Positions 11,695 through 23,016 of a DNA stretch of 64,000 nt are shown here, piece by piece. Each line of letters starts with the position of its first letter. The stretch's first letter is position 1. A program made the translations under genes and the position numbers. The notes under the pieces are model-generated. The model saw only the letters and a program-made list of their open reading frames with translations, was not told the origin of the DNA and did no database searches. The DNA comes from Utricularia gibba (taxonomy: Eukaryota > Plantae > Magnoliophyta): positions 868,001 to 932,000 of the forward strand of contig NEEC01000018.1 of NCBI GenBank assembly GCA_002189035.1, in the 5' to 3' direction.

Positions 11695-14289
11695 TTAGAT
11701 ACTGTTGATGTAGTCTTGATAAGGCTTAAAACTCGTCTGGAAATCTATGTCCAGTCTCTTGAGTTCTCTTAGTGTCTCCATCTCCTTCGGCCCAATGTCG
11801 ACCCTAAGACGAGTACTATCAAAATCCAGGTCAACTGGGCATCCCCTGTCAAATAGCTCGCTTCCGGCCATATCTGTACTCAGCATATCCAATGCAATCT
11901 CTGGTTTTCTCCTGAAAACAAATGTCGAGTGTGTATCGTGTCCATACCAGGATGTAGATGGTTCACTCAGCAAAGCAGAGGGCTTGTGAGTACAAAACTT
12001 TGCAGCTTTCTGGTTCTTGTTTGTATCTTCTACCCTGTGATCATCGTCTGCTAGAGAAACTGTGTCATCATCTTCACCCTTTTCTTTGAGAATGACATGC
12101 TCTGTAACCTTGTCGCATAGGTGTTTGAATAGAGATTCCGGTTCTTGGAATACGAGGCTTCTCTCTAGTTTGCTTTCTTCCTTGCATAACTCATTCAGGG
12201 TAAGAAGAAACTGAGGTGGGAGAATTGGGCCGACGACTGCGCCAGTTGGTTTAAATTTACTCGACCATCTGCTGCTGCGGGAAGAAGGCCTTCTGAATGT
12301 GAATGGTGGACACTGGGGTGGCTCTGGAATATCCATAAACTCCAGAGGTATGTCCGGATCATCATGATGCTTCTTGAGATTTGAATATGTTGAGAAAGCT
12401 GACTCTAACAAATCTGTGGGCAGATCAGCATAAACACCCTTCATGGCAACCTCATTTATGCTAATTGGCAAGCTTATGTCATTGACCACTTCAGAAAATG
12501 CAGCAGATGATTCCACCTGAGGTCTACTGAGTTCCATCCATTGTGGTCTTCTCTCATATATGGTTTCTGCTAACATACCTTTTAGATAAGCATTTAGATA
12601 ATCAAGTCTCAGGTGTTGAAACTTCCTTTGACCCTTGTATTCTTGCGGGCTTATATCAAAGAGATGGCTTTCATCTAGAGAAATGCTTTTCCTCTTGTGC
12701 ACTACAGAAATCTTCATGGATTCCAAAATTGCGTGGTAAGGTTGTGCATCAAGAATCCCTGATGAAGTTAGCCTGATTAAGATGAATCCACCTGATCCAT
12801 CAGGAGAGGATACCTTCTCTGAGACAGAAAAATCAAGAACACCAAAACCCAAAACCAGTGTCTTCCTCTGCCGGAAGTCGATCCATATAGGATCTGATTC
12901 TCTGGAAAAGTCCCCTTTAAATATACAATCTGGGCACTCGCAGTCTGACGGTGAAATAGATAGATCATAGGGAAGTCCCCAAGCAGTATACGAGTTATAG
13001 AAACTAGACAACTCGGCCAAAAGTGTTCCCTTATCATGCACATCCTTCCCATAGCAGAAAAAGCTAAATTTGTTGTCCCAAAATGATCCCAATATTATGC
13101 CATGGCCTGTTTCTTGTGAAGGTGAGTTGCTCTCAGGTAGCCGCAGCTCTGATAATCTGAAGACAGCAATGTAGAGTGGGTTCTCATGTTTATGCTCCCA
13201 TTCAACCACCGGCATCTGTGGTTTTTCGACATGAAGTACAAGCAGCAAGTTCCTTGTTGTCACAGCAAAGCAGTATCCATCAGCACCTGCCCTGGCCATG
13301 GCATGAAATCCATCATTCTTCCCACTGGATACGCCATTAAGTTTCTGCAGAGAACAAATTTCGCATCCACTTTCCCACATACAGTCAACCAAAAAAACCT
13401 CATTATAATGGCAGACTACAAAACGCCTCGGATGCCAACTATACTCACATGCAATCCACTGTCTCTGGTTTGAGGGGGCATCTGTATCCGTTTCAAGCTT
13501 TTCAGCCAATGAAAGATGCATCTTTTTCCTAACAATATCGCCTGTAGATGAAATATCGATGGAAAACAGGAGCAAGTCACCGTTCTCCAGCAGAACCAAA
13601 CACTCCTCCCTGAAATGTGGACTCCAGCAGGAGCTGATCACTGCCTGTTTCCTCAACACCTTAAGGCCAGCACATCCTAGATAATCCATACAAGCGGATG
13701 GCGTACTTTGATCATTATGGGTGTCAATTCTAACTCTATACCAGCAAACAAAATACATAGTACAAACCATCAAGATGCCAACAGTACTGGGAAAGCTATC
13801 GCAGTTGGAAACAGGAGTAACCAACAACCGCGTGATACGTTGGCGATTCGCATTGCCCTCTTCAACCACACTGAAAGGTCGAGCCCTCTGAGGCAAAACC
13901 CGCAAAACCCCATCTTTGGTGGATAGCAAAGAAAAGCCCACCCGATCAGAGTTCTCTCCGGCAGGGAAAATGGCGATGACTAGATCCCTATCAGGAATTG
14001 GAAGTACCTGAACAGAATTGAAGCTATGGTAGTGAGAATAATCCGGAAGCTGGTTCTCAATAACAGAAGAAGTAGCAGCGGCGGAAGAGGGAAGAAACCC
14101 ACTTTTCTCCAAGAACCCTGGGAGAGAGAGACTCGGATACGGCGGCGGAAGGTGTGGCGCGATCTCGGGACATTGCAGTAGATTGATCGAGCAGTTAGGT
14201 TTTGGCGCGAATATTAAGGGCCCAAATTGACCTTCTGCTTCTACGTGAGAACGAAAAGGCTTCCCAGCCGGAAACAACTTGTCGGCCAT
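11695..14289 (-). CDS. TAF1C: RNA polymerase I TBP-associated factor subunit C (TAF1C/Rrn6-like), intronless, 864 aa
   Basis: Single uninterrupted 864-aa ORF with GPLIFAP, CLVLLENGDL, RRPSSRS, GPILPP and C-terminal LDFD..IGPKEMETLRELK motifs, resembling plant TAF1C-like proteins (At3g18310-like, recalled). Confidence 0.75.
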   Translation of the reverse strand: MADKLFPAGKPFRSHVEAEGQFGPLIFAPKPNCSINLLQCPEIAPHLPPPYPSLSLPGFLEKSGFLPSSAAATSSVIENQLPDYSHYHSFNSVQVLPIPDRDLVIAIFPAGENSDRVGFSLLSTKDGVLRVLPQRARPFSVVEEGNANRQRITRLLVTPVSNCDSFPSTVGILMVCTMYFVCWYRVRIDTHNDQSTPSACMDYLGCAGLKVLRKQAVISSCWSPHFREECLVLLENGDLLLFSIDISSTGDIVRKKMHLSLAEKLETDTDAPSNQRQWIACEYSWHPRRFVVCHYNEVFLVDCMWESGCEICSLQKLNGVSSGKNDGFHAMARAGADGYCFAVTTRNLLLVLHVEKPQMPVVEWEHKHENPLYIAVFRLSELRLPESNSPSQETGHGIILGSFWDNKFSFFCYGKDVHDKGTLLAELSSFYNSYTAWGLPYDLSISPSDCECPDCIFKGDFSRESDPIWIDFRQRKTLVLGFGVLDFSVSEKVSSPDGSGGFILIRLTSSGILDAQPYHAILESMKISVVHKRKSISLDESHLFDISPQEYKGQRKFQHLRLDYLNAYLKGMLAETIYERRPQWMELSRPQVESSAAFSEVVNDISLPISINEVAMKGVYADLPTDLLESAFSTYSNLKKHHDDPDIPLEFMDIPEPPQCPPFTFRRPSSRSSRWSSKFKPTGAVVGPILPPQFLLTLNELCKEESKLERSLVFQEPESLFKHLCDKVTEHVILKEKGEDDDTVSLADDDHRVEDTNKNQKAAKFCTHKPSALLSEPSTSWYGHDTHSTFVFRRKPEIALDMLSTDMAGSELFDRGCPVDLDFDSTRLRVDIGPKEMETLRELKRLDIDFQTSFKPYQDYINSI

Positions 14290-15141
14290 CGCCGCTTCCT
14301 TCTTTGATCAGTTCGTCCACGGCGGCGGCGCCTGAGCGTTCTGGGACCTCTCCGGCGAAGGCAAAACGTTCATTAACTGGAAGACCCCTGATTGTTTGGA
14401 CCTGGCCTTTGAATAGAGTAAGCCCATCACTTTTTTTTTTTAAATCGAATTGTGTAATCGATTATTTTAATTTATGTTTTCTCGATTTTTGTTTGATTAA
14501 ACGGATTAATAACTATAACCAATATATATGAGAAAGTTGCAATAATAACTCAGATTTTAATCAGTATACAGATTTTAACTCGTAAGTTTTAAAATTATAT
14601 AAAAAATATATTTCAAGTTATTGCTAACATCTACCAAAAATCTAAATAATTTTTAAAATTTTTAACGAATGTGAGAAATTAAATATTCAAAGGATATCTA
14701 AACATTAGAAGTTAAATATAAATGATTAAATATACAATACAAATCTGAACAATTGTTAAAATTATGCAATGAAGATTTAAAAGATAAATTATTAAATATA
14801 TAATTTAATAAATTCAGTTAAATTATTTATAAAAAAATAAGTTAAAAATGTATAATGTAATTTTAAATTTTAAAATTTAAACTCTTTATATTCTAAATTA
14901 AAGTGATACCAATAAACTCCACCCCCAATATATATATATTTTACTTGCCAAAGAATAAACCAACAAACAAACGAATCTGAAAGGGACAAGCAGATGCCAA
15001 TGATCTGTACAACATATCATCTTTCAGCATGGTCCCCAGAAGCCTATTCGGCTGCTCTTCGTCTCCATCTCGCCTCTGCGTTTCAAGCTCATAATCTGGG
15101 GTGCTAAATGCAGAAAACTTTGGTCCATTGTTACCGAAACC

Positions 15142-17673
15142 TTAGACAACTTGCTCCCCAATCAGGTCAAGGCCGACGAGCAGAAAGGATACCCCTTGAA
15201 AGAGCAAGAAGTAGAAATGAACACCTTGAGCAGAAAGGAGACTTCTCGCTGCAGCTGTGAGGAGGAGGAAAGCTAGTGCCAACTCCTTTGTGTAAATCCT
15301 GTTGTGCTTCTTCTTCTTGGAAGCCTTGTGTGCCTTTTGCACGATTTCCTCTAAATTTGGCTCTGAGGAGCCTCTCTGGTGCGTTGGGAGCTTCTCAACC
15401 AACGAAACAAGATCACCCTCAGACAAGCGCCCTGTTTTCTTGGTGACCACCCACTCATAGGCGCTCCCTAGCTGGAAAAGCCCTGAGATCATGGCATTGA
15501 ACTTGGTGACTGACATGGTGTTTTCGAAGAGGAGGTATGGGACTATGAAAGGGAATGACTTTGGAGCTGGGAGTATATTAAGGAAGGACATGGTGGCAGG
15601 AACGTAGCAAACGACCCACGATGGAAGCGTTGCCTCAGGCACAAACATTGTCATTGGGAGGATGATGCAGAAAAGGGTGAACGAGTAAAAAGGGAGGATT
15701 AGTTTTCTGAGGAGGAAGAAGAGGAAAATCAAGTTGGTCTTCTTCCAGATGCTAATCTGCATTGAACAAATGTAATAAACGTAGATGAAATCACTTCTCT
15801 GAAGGTGTAATGTACAGTAGCGCAAAGAATTCTTTAGAAATGATGAATGCTACCTTTGCTTGGATAATGGCTGGCAAGCAGAGACGGAACAGTTGCATTG
15901 GTCCAGAATGCCATCTATGTTGTTGCTTTCTGTAAGCTTCATATGACTCGGGCAACTCGCATTGGCACTACAGATTTAAAAAATATAATATTTCAATGAT
16001 CTGATAGCAGATGGAATTGACATATTATTATGATATACCTCAACATCGTTAAGGTAGACGAACTTCCATCCATGAAGATGGGCCCGAACGGCAATGTCCA
16101 TGTCTTCAACGGTGGTTCTCTCCAGCCATCCACCCGATTCTTCCAAGGCTTTGATCCTCCAGACTCCAGCAGTCCCATTAAACCCAAAGAAGTTGAGGAA
16201 AACTCCATTAACTTGCTGTTCTACTTCGAAATGAAAGGCTAAATTGATGAGCTGCAGCCTTGTGAGAAGATTTTCATCCTTATTTACAAACGACCACCTA
16301 GCCTGAACCAACCCAAGTTCTTCATTATCCTGTAACACAAAGCCATCTGCACATATCAGTATCTTGTTAAGCACAATGATATAAGCACGCAGGGTATATC
16401 ATCATTGATATAATGCACCTAACGAGGAATCATGATATCAAAATCTAGAAATAACAATGCTCCAACCATGAGCTGATTAAAGCATACCTTGAAGTGAGGG
16501 ACAGTTCTCTTCAGGAAATCTAGGTTCGGTTGGAAGTCAGCATCAAAAATTGCCACAAACTCATAATCCTTAACATAGCTACAACTCATGGCAGACTTGA
16601 GATTCCCAGCTTTGTAACCCTCTCTAATCACACGATGTCTGTAAATGATGTTTGCGCCATTTTGATGCCACTGGTTCACCTCATCACGAATTAGCAACTG
16701 TGTAGTTGGATCATCCGAGTCGTCCAAAACCTGAATAAGCAATCTCTCTTTGGGCCAATCCAGATTACAAACAGCAGCAATTGATTGTTGATACACCTAA
16801 TGATTACAGGTTCAAGCAAAAAGGACAGTCATATAGTATAACCACTAAGGAACTCCAACAGTCCTCCAGAATTTCATATTTTACAGAAGATATGCAGGCA
16901 GAAGGGAGAAATTTTACCTCTTTCTCATTGCACATTGGAATCTGGACCAACACCATTGGAAAATAGGCATCCCCATCTCCCGTTTCAAGATCAACGAGGC
17001 CTACTTTAGGGACTGGTTTAATCTTCCTGAGTTTTATCCAGAAGCAACCGAGGCAAAGGATTAGTCTATCCAAGCTTTGAATGAAGAACAGCACTATGCA
17101 TACATTGGCCAAAACTTGAAGCGGTGGAGCAAGATATTCCACCCTAATCAAAACCCATTTGGAATAAAGCTGATCGAAGACATCTCTCACTGTAAAAGCG
17201 CTGGTCAGCGAATAAAGATGTTGCAATTGAAGATCGGAAGCTCCAAAGTGCCACCCTTTAAAGTACGCAACAATCTCAAATCCAAGTAATACAAGGGACA
17301 ACCATAGAAAAGCCCTGATGCAGCCATAGAACCTAGATTTCACGGCCAGATTTTCTCTCAACGAGGTGTCCATAGCGTCCGTACGCCCAGCAATCACGCG
17401 CCGGCGGACTATGGTGGCTAGGGACAAAAATGCCGCTGCAATGGAGGTGAGGCAGCCGGCGGCTTTGTGGGCTTTCAATAGAATGACCCAAGTCAGCTGT
17501 TTAGCATTCTTGTTACGCCCACCTTTAGAAACGGCATCGTTTGGGTCGAAGAACTCTTCCTCCGACGGCGACTCAAGCTCCACCATTGACCAGTTGTTTG
17601 GGTTTTCCATTTTCACCACCACCGGAGTTCCCTTGCGAGCATCCCTTGCCCACCAGTACAAAGATGGAGCCAT
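15142..17673 (-). CDS. CSLC12: Cellulose synthase-like C (xyloglucan backbone synthase), CSLC12-like
   Basis: Exons 17673-16918, 16796-16488, 16329-16039, 15967-15854, 15756-15142 with GT-AG boundaries. GT2 motifs DDS, FDADF, EDMD and QQHRW. N-terminus [36 protein letters not shown] is typical of CSLC12. Confidence 0.95.
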
Positions 17674-20669
17674 CTTTAAGGCCCAAATAAGAAAGACGCA
17701 CTGAATGTGGACTAAAACTCAACTTGGGGAGGATCCCTGAACTGTATCGACGGTATGGCCGTGAATCAAGTAAGCATTGAAAATAAAATCCTTATAATAC
17801 CTGCAACGAATCCATTTTTCGGAACAATGAGAATGGGGAAGACACGCTAGGAATGAAAGCGATGCGTTCCCACGGAATAACGAGTAGACGTTTCAAAAGT
17901 AGAAAAAAAATGAACGGAATAATTCTTTGCTTGAACAAAAGCATTATTCAAACTCGTACATACCATGCAATCAGGTAAACTGGGCAGGTTTGTTTGAAAA
18001 TCACAAGCAGGCCCCGGACGCGTTACAGCTTGCAGGTAGGCGCTGATGACGCGGTGCGGTGGAGTAAGCGGCGGTGGGCCCCACGAGAATCACTACTGTT
18101 CCAGAGCTGGAAAAACCATTAAAATTTGTCCGGTAATGAAGAAAAAAACAATTAGTAGTCAAAATCACTGCCCTCACCAAAAGTAAGAGAAAAATGGTAA
18201 CGAACCATAAGCGCATCCCCTTCAAACCGGAGCCCTGTTTGGAAATCTCCTTCCAGTTATTTCCCACACAAGAACACAATCTCGATTCAAAATCACTCCA
18301 CCTAAATGAACTCCTCGCCACAATGCATTCGTTTGCGATACCACATTCCAATACAAGGTCACATTACCCACACACCAGCCGCAGCATTTCTTGCGTATCG
18401 TACAGAGTAGCTCCTTCGCATGCCTTTAAATGCGCCACAAGAAACATGAAATACTCCACCTAACAAAAATCGCAGATTCATTCAATAATTGAGAGAGGGA
18501 TATGCGAAAGAGAAAAACGATGAATTAAATGCGGCGGCGATGAAAACGTCAATTCCAATCCCAATCCCAATCCCCATTGTTTTCCAGCCTGTGCATTGCA
18601 CTCAATTCATTCCCGCTGAAATCAACGCCAACAGTAAATGCATGACTAAACTCACGAGAGCCTTCAATGGCTTCCTTCTTCTCTCGCAAGCGGATCGGCA
18701 CAATCTCCCGGTTGCGATGGAGAAATGGGGCGACCACTTTTCCGGAATGTGAAATACGAACAATCGAATGACCCGGAGTTTTATACGACAAATATAACGT
18801 TATAATAAATAATATTAATATTCCGTTGAATCCCGCTTGTCAAAACCCGGGGCCCGTGGAGTGCTCCTGGGTGCCAGGTGTCAGTCAATTTAGAATTCAA
18901 TCGCCCCTGTAACCTCAGATTTATCAACAAAAAATAATATTTTAAAATAAAAATTATGCGATGGTGATGGGCAGGCTACAAGGACAAGGATATTGGGATG
19001 TGAATGATGTGACTTATTTAATAGTATATAAAAATTATTTATGTTAAATAATAATATATAATATTATGAATGAGACATTATAATATTTTTTATTTATAAT
19101 AAACTGTATTAGATATATTTAATTAATTATATATATATATATATTATATATAAATAAGATTTTATACAAAACTTTTTTAAATATCTTGGTTTTGATACAA
19201 AAATAATCTCATTTAGATTTAGTATCCTATAATTAAAAAATGTTATCAAATAATAACAAAGCAAACTTCCATCTTTAATGTGGCTTTTTGGGATGAATTA
19301 GAAAAGTAACACATGTAAGATATTCTGTGAAAAAAATAGATATCCCATGGTTAAATTGTTTTTAAATGACTTGATTGACTGATAGGGCAAGAAATTCTTT
19401 TATTAGATATGTGATTAAAATGATTATTTGAAATATTAATTTAAAAAAAACATAAAAAACATTTTTCTAAATGATCACAGTGTGTCCGGACCGTCCAAAA
19501 GTCGCAGGCCTCGACATGGGGACACGTTAACAATTAAAATAGCTGTCTGAAAGTGTCTGTTTATCGTTATGGTAAGTGAATGTATAAGAAACAATCCCCG
19601 CAGACGATTTTTAATTTTGTTTTATTATTTTCTCATGGTAATCGGTTTAATGCCTGATTTGGGAATAAATTGATATCATAATCCATGTCAATAAACGGCA
19701 GGTTAGGTGTATGGTTGGTGAGTGTACGGATGCCAGGGAGGAGAGTATTGAAATTTAGTACATATTAGATTATTTTTCTTCTATAATATTTTTGGATAAG
19801 TATTTATAATAAGGTATAATTGAATTATCCATATATTTCTATATTTATATTATTTAAAATCAAATTATTTTTTTTAAAAAAAATCAGTGTAAGTTGAGTT
19901 ATGCCTTTCAATGTCGGTTGGGAGGTCATCTTCTTTGAGTAAATTCATGGGCACGATCGGGATCAGTCAGTGCTCAAGTAGCTTGTTCCTGTAGAGTAGT
20001 TCGTTACCTCGTCAAATCATCAATTTGGGAGGTTTTCTTTTTTGTTTCATTATCATATCAAATTCGGTTTTTGTGCGGTGGCTGATTACCGAGAAGCGGC
20101 CACCGTCAGGGGGAGGCGAGATGACACGTCACGGTGGAGCTTCACGATCGCTCTCCAGCGGGGGATCCAATTTGTGATTCCCAAATCTGGGGAAAAAGAT
20201 TCTTCCTTCATCATGCAGTAGGGTCGTTGCAACACAACAAACAACACGGTGGTTGTCACATACGTGGTGGTCGCACGTAAGTCGTAACCAACAAAGAAAA
20301 TACATAATGTTTAACATACTTATTTTTTGAGAACGTAGATTATATAAACACATGAAAAGAGAACTAATTATATCTATATTATTCATATTCTTAAATTTTT
20401 ATTTTTGAATAAAATGTCAAATATTATATATAATTATATATATGTATCTAATTATACTATAAATATATTAATACCTTAACATCAATTGGACTTTTTCAAA
20501 GTGGCATGTCATTTGTTTAGGGATACCACAACCTTCTATCACAGTGTAATGTGAAGGGGGGCACATGGCTTCCTGCTAATTCTATTACATTGTTGTCGCA
20601 GAATCGTTGTGGTAAAAATAAATAAATACATGATAGAGAATACCCGTACAAAACAAATATGCCCTTCTT

Positions 20670-22557
20670 CTAGCGAAGACCATCCTTCTTCCTCTCAGAC
20701 TTGATGGCCTCGTAGGATGTCATAACCTCCTTGAACTTTGCCTCAGCCAATTCTGCACTCAGCTGCCTAATGGTCAGAGAAAAGTAATTTGTTTAATGCG
20801 TTTATGTGCACTTGACTCACCCTTGTTGTGCTGGTTCTGATCTGGGTGAAATTCTTTAGCCTTCTCTCTGAAAGCTGACTGCAGATGAAAGAGCAGCGTG
20901 TTAGTGGACAAGTCGATTGCATGAAACACGAACTTCTCTGCATTACTCTGAACATCATTTGTAAAAGAAATGACAAGTTGATTCTCAACAGGTTGGTGAA
21001 CAATTCAGCCTCTCTTGCAGTCTATGAAAACCGGAATGAGGAAGAAAACGAAGTTGGATTTATTTCAGGAACAGCTTTTCATTGGTTAATGGCATCCACA
21101 TCAACACTAGTAACTTTTGGAAACGTAACATCTACCTTTATCTCTGCATCGGTGTACGGTTTTGTCCTCCGCCTGCAATCAAATTCAGTATTAACAACAT
21201 TGAACTGGAAAATGAAGTAGTCATACATCCAGTTTCTCATTGATGCGTATTTGCTGTTGAATAGAACAGAATCCCCCATAAGATCATACCTGTCGAGTCC
21301 AAGGACAGAGTAATGCTGTGACAGCAGAGTCGCCCTTGGGGCAGTTCCAGGAGTAGAACCGTGATCCTTGGATGAAGTATCACTATTCCAGTACCAATCG
21401 TGTCTCTGGAAATGCTCATGGAACTCACTAGGACCATATTGCTGCCAACTGTCATAATTCCTCTTGAACTTATTTCTCTCTCTGTTGAATACACTCTGCA
21501 TTCTCCGGATTCGCTCCTAAAGATAAGCCTATCCATCGGTTATTAAGAGACTAGTGGAAAGTTATGCTACACAAGCATATGCAGAAGCCAACGTGCTCCA
21601 GAAATCGAAATGGTTCGTAGAAAATTCAAGAACAGGTTATTAAGAAAAGTTTCCTAAAAGATGAAATCATGGAGTGAAGGCTCATCATTTTGATGATAAA
21701 TGAGAGAAGGAAGTGCAAACAAAGTAGATGAACCACGCAGGACATCAAAGCTTCCAAAAGCTAGGACTAGGTTGGGAACAAATCATACCACTCTCTCCAT
21801 TTCTTCCTCTAATTCTTCCTGCAACCTGCGTTGATACCTTTTTCTAGCCTCTTCCTGGAATGTACTCCAAGATGAAGAATTACTCTTAAATGATGCTTGA
21901 TACCTGCTCCACTTTTTACATCAAAATAGAAGCTACAGGTCAGTCCAATTTCAAATAATACAAAAAAAGGCCAGTGCAGACCTTGAGAAAACGTTTTGCA
22001 AGAATAAAGATATCAAAACACAAGCTGAGAAGACTTACAGGAGGCCAATTACCTGAGAGTAGATACTATCCAATGTTTTCTTCATATGAGTAACCTACAG
22101 TCCAAAACGCACTGATCAGTTACAAAGCACATTTAATACATACTCACGAATGAACTTGTGCATTCTGATCGGAAACGAACAAATAAAAACACAACCCTTT
22201 TCCTGCTTCATAACGATATGGCTACATGTAAAAACCCACAAAACCTAAATCTTATTGCAAATAAGCTGGAAACGAAAAGCCAAACTATAACGTAAAATAG
22301 TATTGCTCTCAAGAAGGCGCAAGCTCCGGAATTTACCCATACCCGTCACGGGAATTCGACGTCATCGGAAACCCAAAAAAACAAGAGGAGAAATCATTCA
22401 TTAATCATTAAGGTTGCGACCAACTTACAGCAAAAGTGGTGATTGCAGCACCCATCACCCCAAAAATTATAGCGCTCCCTAGTAATTTCTTCTCTGCCCT
22501 ATTAAAATACGCCCATGATTCATCCTTCGCCGGCGCATCACCCTCATCCCTTCCCAT
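20670..22557 (-). CDS. Protein with a C-terminal J-domain (DnaJ) and an N-terminal hydrophobic segment, At4g07990-like
   Basis: Exons about 22557-22429, 22094-22053, ~21890-21788, 21516-21290, 21172-21136, 20878-20821, 20752-20670. Peptides FQEEARKRYQRRLQEELEEEMERV, HYSVLGLDR, RTKPYTDAEIK, SAFREKAKEFHPDQNQHNK (HPD motif), ELAEAKFKEVMTSYEAIK. The exon 3 acceptor is uncertain. Confidence 0.85.
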
Positions 22558-22753
22558 TATTTTCCTGTGCCCTGAATCATCCAGACCTCGACAGTTTACT
22601 CGGATTCAAGATCAAAGCATTACTTCTCCAGGACGAGGGCTATGTCCCCAAGAATTCCTGTGCCTCGTACGTAACCAAATACAATTCAAGGTTTTGCAAA
22701 AGGAAAGGTGGATTCCGACTACGTGCTGTGAAGAGAACTTGGGCTCTTATTAT

Positions 22754-22860
22754 TATTTCCGCAGGGCCCAATAAAGAATTACTATTTCCGCAGGGCCCAA
22801 TAAAGAATTACTATTTCCGCAGGGCCCAATAAAGAATTAGTATTTTCGCAGGGCCCAACA
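22754..22860. repeat. 29-bp minisatellite, 3.7 copies, each containing GGCCCA
   Basis: Unit TATTTCCGCAGGGCCCAATAAAGAATTAC starting at 22754, 22783, 22812 and (partial) 22841. Confidence 0.95.
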
Positions 22861-22972
22861 CTCGGGAACTAGGACAGGATTATGAGTTTACTCGAGTAAC
22901 TCACAAGTTAACTCATACAAAATGAGTATGATTGACTCGTATTCATGCTAAACGAGTACATTCAAATTATAA

Positions 22973-23016
<44 letters not shown>
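22973..23016. repeat. Compound microsatellite (AC)n(AT)n
   Basis: Directly visible. Confidence 0.95.

Noticed and set aside
22754-22860. The 29-bp repeat array as a CRISPR-like array
   Set aside because: The units are head-to-tail with no unique spacers, there are no cas genes, and the context is a plant nuclear genome.
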